A stretch of 64,000 nt of DNA, taken from contig CM082596.2 of the NCBI GenBank assembly GCA_040954595.2, positions 1,951,854 through 2,015,853 on the forward strand, written 5' to 3'. Both the position numbers and the translations under genes were made by a program. The notes beneath the pieces are model-generated. The model worked only from the letters and a program-made list of their open reading frames with translations. It was not told where the DNA came from and ran no database searches. Positions 41,001 through 52,034 of the stretch are shown here, piece by piece (positions within the stretch are counted from its first letter, which is position 1; each line of letters begins with the position of its first letter). This DNA is from Balanoglossus misakiensis. Lineage: Eukaryota > Animalia > Hemichordata.

Positions 41001-44000
41001 TATGGTTAGAGCCTGGAATAGGTATTGATGGAGATTTTCTTTTTTAAACATATATTTGCTTTGCATTTATATCCAGGTGAAAAATGAGTTTGCTACAATA
41101 TGTTACCTTGCAAATGAGTCTTGTTCATAAGTACGTATGTGTGCCTTCATACATACAGTATCCATATACAATATAAGTTGTGGTCAAGATCAATGACCAT
41201 TTTTCTCTCAGGTCAGTATTCTGTCAAACTTGTTCAAGGCGGGCATGCATGTACTAAATTTTGATGGTACCTTTTTGTGCACAGAGGTTATTCTCTGTGT
41301 AACTTCATCCATGTATGCCTTGTGGTCCATATTGGTATTATCATCTGCTACATAATTCTCGAGTGCGTCCTCCAAATCGTCCTCCACCATTAAAACCTTC
41401 AAAGTGAAAAAGGTAGACAAAAATTTCTCAATGTACCATGTTTACATTTCCAGCGTTGACTAAAATAAAAAATATATATCATTTGCATTGTTGACAGATG
41501 AATTCTAGCCTGAACCTGTTTTCAGTTTTCAACAGAAACAATCAGACTTCCACTTCAATGGATACAATCTTGCACATTATAGACTAAACGAAATAAAACA
41601 ACGATATATTCTGGTAATGAACTACTAACCTCACAAGGTAATCTGGCTTCTCTACTATACATAAGTTGGAATGGGGTGTATTTTGTACTTTCTTGACGAA
41701 CTGTTCTAATTCCGAAGAGACAGGCTGATATATATTGGTCCCAATCATTCTGATGCTCATTGGTCAGCTTACTAATAGATCTCTTCACTGTTTGATTCAT
41801 CCTCTCATCCAGTCCATTAGTTTGCGGGTGATAGGCTGCAGTAATCCGGTGTTCAGTCTTCATTATTTTACATACGTAATCGTTCACCTGTTTATACAAA
41901 ATAAAAAGTGTGTAGAATCATAAACACCAATTTTATCATTTCATTTATTTGGAGCAGAATATAATTACCAGGATAAACAGGAGAAAAATATTTGAGAAAA
42001 TAGCCAAAAGGTTCTACTGGGGCTTTAAATGTTTTAAACATTGACAATCACAAACTTTATCAAATAATCATATGATGATGAAATGACTGTATTTTTTGTT
42101 GATAATTTGCCATGGTAACAGTGCCTAAACTTGCATAGGTGACCATATACTTGTAAAAACGGTGAGTCAAAATGACCTTTTATAGTATCATAATGGGAAA
42201 ATTACCTCATTTACAAATTCTCTTCCTTGGTCCGTCAGAATATGTTTAGCTGCTCCAAATCTGAAATAAATAAATGTACTGAATATATGTACTTCATAAC
42301 ACCTATATGTATGAGTACACCAGACAAATTAGCTACACATGACTCATGGAAAAACTTTTGTTTATGTCCATAAAAACATGCGTTTACATCCAGCAGGTCA
42401 AAGCTCAACTAGACTTAACAGGTCTCCCGTACTGGGGCATCATGTCTGCCCCTACCATCCAAAAACGGAAAGTTCCCATAGGTTATGACAGTAGGTGTAT
42501 AATAATACAATTTATGTACTGATTATTAGTCCATTACATGGATTGGGCAACTTTTCCTGGAACAGAAGAGCTAAAATCCGATTAAAATTTGGACCAATAG
42601 AAAAAAACTGCCCTTACCTATAGAATGTTTCACACAGATGGTGTGCGACAGTTGCGGCTGACTTATCACGTATTGGAATTGCTTCTGGCCACTTGGTGAA
42701 ATAATCGGTGATCGTTAATACGTATCTATTCCCCTGAAGTGTTGTGGTTAACGGTCCAATCAAGTCCATGCCAAGCATATACCAAGGGGCCTTCACTGGT
42801 ATAGGTTTGAGCTCCGGAGCACATGTCTTAATCTTCTCAAACCTCTGGCAAGTGTCGCATGATTTTATCTGTTCAGGGTGGGAGGAGAGATATGTACTGA
42901 TCATTGCACTGTTGTCAGCATAATATGATATATGACAGAACTTCTCCCCATGACCTTTGTGTCGTACGAAAGTTATTTTCATGAGTGAAATTGCTTCAGA
43001 ATTAAATGGCGCACTTCTCTTGAGTTTAAGATGGGGCACCAGTATCATTTTGCCTGTTGCTATGGGCCTCTATAGGACAGTACACTCAGTTTTGAACGAA
43101 ACCATTATGAACGTCCAACCGAGGGCTTGTAACTAGTTGAAAATATGCACGATAGAGTACACTAGAATGGAAACTGTAGCTTACCCAAGATTCAATGTCT
43201 TGGTAGATTGTTTTCCAGTAGAACTTCGATGAAATCTTCAGTGATGTCTTCGTTATTCCAAGGTGAGCTCCCATCGGCGAATCGTGGCATTCTGTAAAAA
43301 CTCTTCTTCTTTCTTCTTCAGTCATCAATACCAGCTTTTCTTCTTGACCATCCTTCCCGACATATAGAAACCTTGTGCCTGAAAGTATATAAACAAGACA
43401 TTGTCAGTAAGTCCCCACAGGAGAGAACACCGAAGGAAATTAAAGCTGCTAGTAACCATGGAGAAGAAATGCCCTGCATACAGTGATTAGAGAATATTGC
43501 CTAAGTTAATAGAAAACAGTTCAACATTTTGGTCCATGACCTGCAACACACTTAAACGTAGCCAACATATTTGATGACCATTCAAAATGATATTCACAAA
43601 CTTTGTGCTAGGGCTAAGGCATGTGATCAAATGTGCAAAGTCTCGGCCACACTATTAAATTCTAACTTTTTTCTCTGTCAGAAATAACTTTACCTTGTAT
43701 TCTAAACCTGGTCGCATAGCCACGAATGGATCTTCGTTCGTTGGCTGACCTGTCCTCGGGATACGAACCTGTAGAAAGATAAAAATGTACGTCACCAAGA
43801 GTTGTCGGCATGATGATGAAGGTATTAACCTGGAATTGAAAATTTCTTCTGGTACAGGTAAACTAGAATAAAATTGAAAGAACTTTCCAAATTTCAACTC
43901 GAATACAAACAATGAAAAATTTACAATCAAGGCAGTTATACAACTATAACAGATAAATACTGGCTAAAATCTACAGATATAATTATTTTATACTAGAAAA

Positions 44001-47000
44001 CTTCAATAATGGAAAATCTATAAATTTTTAGATGACTGCAAATATATAATTTGATTTATGAGTAGGGTTGGTAAATAACAAACTCTAAAATTACAACTAT
44101 ATTAATTTAACAGTTATAATACTGCAGATACAACTTGATACTCTGAAGTACCTGTCAGTATTCAAAACAAACACAGCTGATTAAGAAGATCAAGAAAAAC
44201 TACCAAATTCAATTTTGAAAAAATTTAACTGTCAATTTAAATTTGAAACTGACAGAAAAAAAATCTATGAATTGAACACCTGTTTTACACTATATCAATG
44301 TAACGAAATAAAAAAAACTTTTTTGTAACACTTGAAATAAAGAACAAGTAGGGTTAAATGTCAACTATATCAGTTATAACTAAGCTAATTCGTGTCGTAT
44401 GAGTTCTCCTGAGGTATGCGGTATGCAGCTGCCAAAATACAATGTTGTCGCTTTGGGCTTCAAAATTGAAGTGAAATAACGGAACTTTTGAAGCGGGAAA
44501 GAAATTGTTACATTTTATCAATTTAGTCAAAGCCCATGAGTACAGCACATGCTCTCACTATGCTGGTAGATTCCACTTTTGGTAAGGGCCATTGCACTCA
44601 ACATTTATGAAGAAAGACAAAAACTTTCCGTATAATGACAAAAAAAAAGATATAAAAATAATCTAATAAAGCTAGTACAGACTACAATTTATCATTTTCT
44701 AACAAGAAGTAGTCAATCTATATATTTTCACCTTTGGAAATTTACCCCCTGCCTGTGTAGAATATTTATCCCTCCCCTTTTCTTCAAACATAATGACATT
44801 GACAAGAATTTAAAGGTCAGCTGATTTACACAGCATATTTGCAGCTGTGGAAAAGTTTCCCCCCTGCCTGTAGAATTTATTCCCTTCGTGTTCAGTCTTT
44901 TTTGTAGCTGTGGAAAACTTTCCCCCTGCCTGTACCCTTCGTGTTCAGTCTTTTTTGTAGCTGTGGAAAACTTTCCCCCTGCCTGTAGAATTTATTCCCT
45001 TCGTGTTCAGTCTTTTTTGTAGCTGTGGAAAAGTTTCCCCCTGCCTGTAGAATTTATTCCCTTCGTGTTCAGTCTTTTTTGTAGCTGTGGAAAACTTTCC
45101 CCCTGCCTGTAGAATTTATTCCCTTCGTGTTCAGTCTTTTTTGTAGCTGTGGAAAACTTTCCCCCTGCCTGTACCCTTCGTGTTCAGTCTTTTTTGTAGC
45201 TGTGGAAAACTTTCCCCCTGCCTGTAGAATTTATTCCCTTCGTGTTCAGTCTTTTTTGTAGCTGTGGAAAAGTTTCCCCCTGCCTGTAGAATTTATTCCC
45301 TTCGTGTTCAGTCTTTTTTGTAGCTGTGGAAAAGTTTCCCCCTGCCTGTAGAATTTATTCCCTTCGTGTTCAGTCTTTTTTGCAGCTGTGGAAAAGTTTC
45401 CCCCTGCCTGTAGAATTTATTCCCTTCGTGTTCAGTCTTTTTTGTAGCTGTGGAAAACTTTCCCCCTGCCTGTAGAATTTATTCCCTTCGTGTTCAGTCT
45501 TTTTTGTAGCTGTGGAAAACTTTCCCCCTGCCTGTACCCTTCGTGTTCAGTCTTTTTTGTAGCTGTGGAAAACTTTCCCCCTGCCTGTAGAATTTATTCC
45601 CTTCGTGTTCAGTCTTTTTTGTAGCTGTGGAAAACTTTCCCCCTGCCTGTACCCTTCGTGTTCAGTCTTTTTTGTAGCTGTGGAAAACTTTCCCCCTGCC
45701 TGTAGAATTTATTCCCTTCGTGTTCAGTCTTTTTTGTAGCTGTGGAAAACTTTCCCCCTGCCTGTACCCTTCGTGTTCAGTCTTTTTTGTAGCTGTGGAA
45801 AACTTTCCCCCTGCCTGTAGAATTTATTCCCTTCGTGTTCAGTCTTTTTTGTAGCTGTGGAAAACTTTCCCCCTGCCTGTACCCTTCGTGTTCAGTCTTT
45901 TTTGTAGCTGTGGAAAACTTTCCCCCTGCCTGTAGAATTTATTCCCTTCGTGTTCAGTCTTTTTTGTAGCTGTGGAAAAGTTTCCCCCTGCCTGTAGAAT
46001 TTATTCCCTTCGTGTTCAGTCTTTTTTGTAGCTGTGGAAAAGTTTCCCCCTGCCTGTAGAATTTATTCCCTTCGTGTTCAGTCTTTTTTGCAGCTGTGGA
46101 AAAGTTTCCCCCTGCCTGTAGAATTTATTCCCTTCGTGTTCAGTCTTTTTTGCAGCTGTGGAAAAGTTTCCCCCTGCCTGTACCCTTCGTGTTCAGTCTT
46201 TTTTGCAGCTGTGGAAAAGTTTCCCCCTGCCTGTAGAATTTATTCCCTTCGTGTTCAGTCTTTTTTGTAGCTGTGGAAAAGTTTCCCCCTGCCTCAGTAG
46301 AATTTTCACCACTTCACTGCCTATTGAAAAAAATCCCGACCCCAAGTTCACCCGATGTGCAGTCTGTCTTCCGCATAAAAAAAAGTCTTTCTGTCAAATT
46401 ATTAAGCATTCCAACTATTGAAGCATCATATAAATGGTGCAATGGAAACTATAGTAGTATAAATTACCGTATTTGTCTGTAAACTCACCTTTAAGTTGAC
46501 GCCGTTTATCCAATTATCCGATCGTAGTATGTCACCCATATCGGCGCAGTTATAATTGATTGAATCAGTCATTTACACCTTGCCTGTCAGCTATACACCG
46601 AGTTCCACGTAACAGTCGAGTGTAGATCAGCAAAAAGCTGTCGGAAAACTGTCCCGAAAACGACAACGGTGCACGCAAAATCCGCGATCGATCGAGCAGA
46701 CAAGCGAAACAAACACATGTTATTGTGAATGTTTACACTGTCTTTAGTTCAGGCGAGGTCAAGTCATCTGAGGACGTCAACACAGCATCGAGAAAATTGA
46801 AAAAAATTACACGATACCGCCTTCTAAAGAACCCTCTTTGTACAATTTCGTTTAGATGAGAAGTCCTTTTGTATAAAATAAGCGATATTTTATAAAAAAT
46901 AGTCACGATATCATGGTATTTTCGGCGATTTATGCCTACCCGGAATAAATTCTACAGCTAATTGACCGCTGACGAGCAGGGACGACTGCGCATGCAAAAG

Positions 47001-48859
47001 GGGCGTGTTCTGCGCAGGTGGAAAGTATTCCACAGCCGGATAAAATAAAATATGACACCGGCATAGACGGGTTGCTTGGCCTCTCCGATTGTCCGAACTC
47101 CCATGTATGCCAGGAATCCCTCTACACTTAATCCTTGTGATGTCATAATACTGCTGTATGTATCTGCTTCAGTGCTGTACTGTTTCTCGATGGCCAAGGC
47201 CTCATTTTCTGCCCTGTGAAGAAAAAAAGGTAAGCCTAACATTTTCATCTTGTTCACCATAACTAAGAAAACTCCAACCCTTTTCATACTGTCCTAACTC
47301 AATGGTCACATCAAAAGCATCTTTATACAAACCTGTTAAGAATAATCCTAGCATCTGACTCAGCCCTACTGACGGTTATCCTGGCGGTTGTCTCCGCCTC
47401 TCTCTTGGCAGTCTCAGCTTGTGTCAGCTCTCGTGGTCTCTCATTCAGTGCCACCTGCGAAATCAAAACAGATTTGCAATTCATACAAGTGGGTTAATGT
47501 GGCAGTCCGCACTGTGGCAAAATCCGCACTGTCTTGAGTTGAAAATTGGAGTGTGAATATTGGTGTTGATTAGAAGATAATTGATTTCAATTTTCCTTAC
47601 CACAATGTTTTCTCTGGCTGCCTCTTTTCGTCTTATTGCTTCTTCATATTCGCTGGGTCTGGCAATATTGTTGACCTATGTGATTAAAATATCTTCATGT
47701 TATGGTATAATTTGTTTGGTCCATAGGCAAAAATATTTCATACAATCGCACAACCAGTCACAGACCCCCTTTTACATTTTTGACTTTCTTCGAGTTGCAC
47801 AACCAATCACAGTGACTCTTATTGACACCATTAAATAAAAGAATATTTTACCTGAAGGTCAGCAACATTGGTTCTGAGTTTTTCAAACCTGCTGTTCACA
47901 TGATCCCTCACTGTTTCTTGGAACATGGCTCTTATTGTCTGGAACTCTGTTGTGTTATATTTACTGCAGGCTTCATGGATAGCCGCCTCTCCTGAAAGCA
48001 ATGGTCAAATATAGCATCAAGGACACTCCAAGTTGCCAACTCCAGTGGAATAAAAGTAATATGATGAATGCACAATGTTTTCTGGGGAAAGATACAAGTA
48101 AGTATATTTGTATGTAAAGTACTGTCATATCTAACTTTGCATTCCCTCGGGTCACTACTTTAAGTTTCCCCAACTTCTTTAAAAAATATCAAATTCTTAC
48201 CAGCATATTTTAAAACAGTCACATAAGTGTCATGATCTTTGAATTCCATAATGATTGATTTCAAGTCGGCGGGTTTCGCTTGGTACTGGAAAGACACATC
48301 CAAATCAATGTTCACCCCATCTCTGTTGAGACATATCAGACTGGGAAATTCAATTGTTCGGAAGACACTGGGAAACTTGATGAACTCGAATCCTGGTGGC
48401 CCTGTGTGCAGACCTTCTTGGTCGACGGATTCGTACAACTTCTTCTGGATGGTGTCATACTTAATGCCCACTGAAAATTCAAGGAAAATACAATACATGA
48501 CTATATTTTGTATCTGGGGGTCCAAGTGTTTGATGTGCAGAATTATCACATACATATTGTACCCTTTGCACCTATAACTAACACTGGTATATGCTGAATT
48601 AATAACAAGTGTGGGTTCACCAACCTCTTTGCAGAGCCACACCCATCAATGTAAAGCCCTCTAAATTCTAAAATAGCAAAATTAATCACAATCAGGTGCT
48701 CTCTGCAGGATTTTGTGGGCTTCAATGCTCATTTTGTGTGGTGGAATACTTACTTTCATCGGACTCCAACTGTTTGAGAGAGGACACAACAAGTCCTATA
48801 ATCAATGCAGCAACACAGGCAACCACACCACCAATCACATAATACTTGGTCTTACTCAT
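35007..48859 (-). CDS. SPFH/band-7 (prohibitin-like) membrane protein, 303 aa when reconstructed; last exon interrupted by Ginger1
   Basis: Exons 48859-48754, 48470-48201, 47991-47852, 47675-47601, 47454-47333 and 47213-47058 plus 35049-35007 join in phase. N-terminal TM, EGLHTGPPG, DGVNIDLDVSFQY, Ala/Glu/Arg-rich coiled coil. Removing the element and one CCGG gives ...QPVYAGMKAPAKTSYVDLM*. Confidence 0.85.
36628..38813. repeat. Composite higher-order tandem array immediately 3' of the transposase stop codon
   Basis: Interleaved units: 20-bp aaacggacagtacttccatt, ~38-bp aaattaaatgagggatttaagactgctaagacttcaa, and ~90-bp ttacacattagtttggagatgg...gatggaaaagttg. An isolated partial copy lies at ~35962-36040. 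Confidence 0.95.
38811..43811 (-). CDS. Ginger1 transposase: H2C2 zinc finger, DDE integrase, GPY/F, Ulp1-like cysteine protease and PHD finger; 8 exons, 748 aa
   Basis: Exons 43811-43694, 43378-43185, 42868-42618, 42260-42206, 41887-41630, 41396-41271, 40536-40361 and 39879-38811 are all GT-AG and in phase (2247 nt). H..H..CDTC zinc finger; catalytic MDLIGP, LTDQGREF, YHPQTNGLDER; WFGPY; protease triad HWITV/VYDS/QSGSDDCG; PHD CHC..CTGCENWYHPTC..CSKC. Confidence 0.92.
39996..40214. mobile_element. TTAA-flanked MITE (Kolobok-like ends) nested in transposase intron 7
   Basis: ttaa-agggacaaag ... tcccct-ttaa; same start as the 40632 element. Confidence 0.6.
40632..40886. mobile_element. TTAA-flanked palindromic MITE nested in transposase intron 6
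   Basis: aaagggacaaagactctc / gagagactttgtcccttt termini, plus internal inverted arms ttatgttcgatacgagac / gtcttgtatcaaacataa. Confidence 0.7.
44841..46300. repeat. Tandem array of 62/53-bp units upstream of the transposase CDS
   Basis: 24 full units plus one partial: 17 long units (gtagctgtggaaaagtttccccctgcctgtagaatttattcccttcgtgttcagtctttttt) and 7 short units lacking gaatttatt. Confidence 0.97.
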
Positions 48860-50556
48860 ATTCAGGTAATGTGTTGGTGTAGAGATGTGAACTGTTGAAA
48901 TGTCTCAATACCTGTGATAGAAATTGAAAGCATATGTGTGAGAACATGTAAGTTTATTAATGTCATCTTATTTTTTCTGCTAGTTGTAACATCCTTGTGG
49001 ATTAATTACACTATCATACAGAATATACTATGAACTATGAAGGACTATTTTTATTCCCTTGTGCTGAGGACAAAGCCTGCCATTGGGCTCCAGCTGTTAC
49101 ATGTACATGTACAACATGAGACATATGTTACATACACACAAACAGAAAGGCAAGGTAATTCTAGTCTAACTTAACACTCCCCATTAAGTCTAACTAACTG
49201 TTAGATCGATCTACACATTGACACAATGTTGCAATGTATCTTTGTCAGGGAAAGCCATTTGCTACACTGTACACGCTCGGTTAAGAGTCCCCAGTCACAA
49301 TCACACATCACGCAGTGTTTGTTGGTGAATTCAAAGTTACCAATGTTTATTTCGCTGTTCTGCTATTACTGTGGTGCGCCTGTGCTTAACGACAACATAG
49401 GACAATGTACATTACATTACAATGGATGTACCACAGACACAGGCGCGGACGCGCCTGCCCTAATGATATATAAAGGCACAACGAGATTGAAGTTGACTGG
49501 TATGTCAACGAAAAGAACGCATCACAACTCTTACCTGAAACTGTTAGTACAGATCTCCACCGACGTGCCAAATTGTTGAACAATTCGAGAAATTGTTTCC
49601 GCATTAAGCTACATGTATATGGCGTCTTGTATCAATAATTACACCTGAGTTTAATAGCGAAAGTGAAACCGTTGAGGGCGCTAAGTGTATGGGCGTTGGC
49701 CTGGTACCCTAGCTTCATAATTCAGTACGTGACAAGCAGAGCCAATTTCACAATGCTTCACACACCTTTAAAACAATGGCAAAAACAATTCTCACTTTGT
49801 CCGTGACTCGCACTTTCTCGTTTGCGGTTACGTGTTAATAGTATACGGTGTTAACACGGCCATTTGCATGTACATAATTGTACACAATAATCATTGGGAT
49901 GTAATTAAATCTCGGAGTCTACATGTATTCTGAATAGTATGCCTACCATGTCCGTGCAGAGGGCGCTATCTACACCTATCCATCCACCTCATTTTCATAA
50001 TTTTCTCTCTCCACATCATAAACATACAAATGCTTGAATCAAAGATGGCATCTGTATATTTGCAACTACGCGCCATCCACAGTTAGATAAATATGAAGCC
50101 GGTTGCCAATTATAATAGCTGCTGAAAACTGACAGTTGCGACTGTAAAGTGTCAGGTATGATAAAAGGGTCTTTGTATTCGCGTGTAGCTTGAAATCGTT
50201 AAGTTCTCCATCATATATTATAATGGCATGAATTTGAATATATACGTAAAAGATGGCATCTCTTTGTGTGGACATGTAACTGATAACATGTATTAGCCAT
50301 GTGTCAGCCGCAGACAACATGATCCTTCATGTCTTTTAGACTTGTATTGTTCGCGACTTAACAAAAATTGAGTGAAAAAGAGCCTGTGTTGATTCTCGCT
50401 ATTCTTTAGAAATCATCACATCATTCACAATCAATTCTGGTCTTTCAGCCAAGACCATAATCTTTATCTCAAATATAGCGTATATTCCATTTCAGGATTT
50501 GAAATCAAGATCATGATGACGTCGTCCACAAGTGCCTAGTGACGTCACAGCTTTCT

Positions 50557-51147
50557 ATGATGTCATCTGAGGCAAATCCAGTCACTAGGACAAAGAGAAA
50601 GATTCCCGACACGCGGAAAATTGAACCATTTGACCCTTCCATCCATTCGTCGGCACTCTTCGGAAAAGACGACGAAACGTACCAAACGGTAAGATTGATC
50701 TTTTGGCTGCAAATTATAAAGTTTTAAAAATTCAAGAAAGCGTGGTTACATACTGGTAATGTCATTTTTTCTTCTTTTCAGACACCTGCTGACAGACAAG
50801 ACGCATATGTTGATTTGGCAAGAAGGAAACTTTTGACCCTCTTACTTGGTCTCGTTTTGGGTGCAATTATCATTGCCATTATTATGGGCTTTATGCTGGG
50901 TAAAAAAGGTAACCCTTTTACTGGTTGTTAGTCTCCGCTCGCTTTTGCAATGTACCTTTCATCAGCGTATGATTACATGGAATATCGGATGCACGTTCAA
51001 CTTCAATAATTTTCAAGCACAAGATGGATCTGAGTTGCGAAAACTACTTTCAATGTCCTGATGCTTAATTTTCGTTTTCTTGCAGATGAATCTGACAACA
51101 GTGCGGCGGCTGTAGTTAATACAACAGAGTCCATTTTAGAAGTATAA
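50557..51147 (+). CDS. Small single-pass membrane protein of unknown function, 3 exons, 106 aa
   Basis: Exons 50557-50688, 50782-50908 and 51086-51147 have good splice sites (acg|gtaaga, ttttcag|, aag|gtaacc, cttgcag|) and join in phase. Hydrophobic LLTLLLGLVLGAIIIAIIMGFML follows RRK; NTT sequon near the C-terminus. Confidence 0.6.
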
Positions 51148-52034
51148 ACTGGTATGGTGCCTGGTAATGAAAAGACCAAACTGCCCACTTCTTGCGTCCA
51201 AACATACCGTTTCTTAATACTTTGCCACAAAGCAGCTTCTGGTTTCATGTCAAACATTTACCATCAAGGGAGTTGTCAATGCAACTACATTTAGCAAAAG
51301 GTCCAGCTATCTTTGGACATCGTAGTATGTGAATTTGTGATTGTACAGATGGTTTGTGTTAGTGTCTTTTCGCAGAACAACCTGAATCCCCAGTATTACT
51401 TCGAACAAACAGCGCCCTCTACGACCAATATTGCATCCGTCAGTCACGCATTTCGACATGTAAACCCACGTTCACCAGAAAATGTATTCAGTGGATTGCA
51501 ATGGCTGACTTTTAAGAATTATGTATTTCTCATATGGAAATGTACAGTACTAGTGTTTCTTGTCAACACCCATTTTGATATATACCCAGTATTTCGCTTT
51601 GTCAGTGAGCCAGAGAGTCCAGCATTAAAAGAAATCTCACTAGCAGATTTTTGTTGTAATACATGTATGCTTTAATAGTTGGTCTTGAAAACTTATGGCA
51701 ATGGTTAACAGGGTAAAATAAATGTAATTTTATAGATATACATGGAAGTCTATTTTTTTAAGTGGCAAATTGATGCAATGTACACATGTAACAAGCTGTT
51801 TTAAGTCTGTAAGGTGTGGTAGATTTACATCACATTTGAGTGCGTACTTACATTTTGTCTGTTGACAAAACATACTTTTCCACACTGCATATATACCTTC
51901 ATATTGCAGCGTAAAATAAGTGTTCATTCTTGTATGTTGCCAGTGAAAAGGATTATGATAATAAATGATTTAAAAGACATGATTTTTTAACAAATCTACA
52001 ACATTCTAAAAATATTTAAAGTGTTCTCGTAAAG

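Larger units (their letters stand above)
35054..47057 (-). mobile_element. Ginger1 DNA transposon, 12,004 bp, CCGG target-site duplication
   Basis: CCGG at 35050-35053 and 47058-47061. Imperfect ~40-bp TIRs (TGTCATATTTTATTTTATCCGGCTGTGGAATACTTTCC vs TCTCATGAATTATTTTATCCGCCGTAGAATAGTATCC). Intron-containing Gypsy-like integrase with no RT, gag or LTRs. A CCGG TSD and Ulp1/PHD C-terminal domains are described hallmarks of Ginger1. Confidence 0.93.

Noticed and set aside
38811-43811. Gypsy LTR retrotransposon or domesticated GIN1 gene
   Set aside because: No RT, RNase H, gag or LTRs. It has spliceosomal introns, TIRs and a CCGG TSD, which fits a mobile Ginger1.
44841-46482. CRISPR array or repeat-encoded proteins (ORFs at 46034, 46158 and 46273)
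   Set aside because: The units are contiguous with no spacers, the context is eukaryotic, and the ORFs are by-products of single-base variants of the repeat on the strand opposite the transposase.
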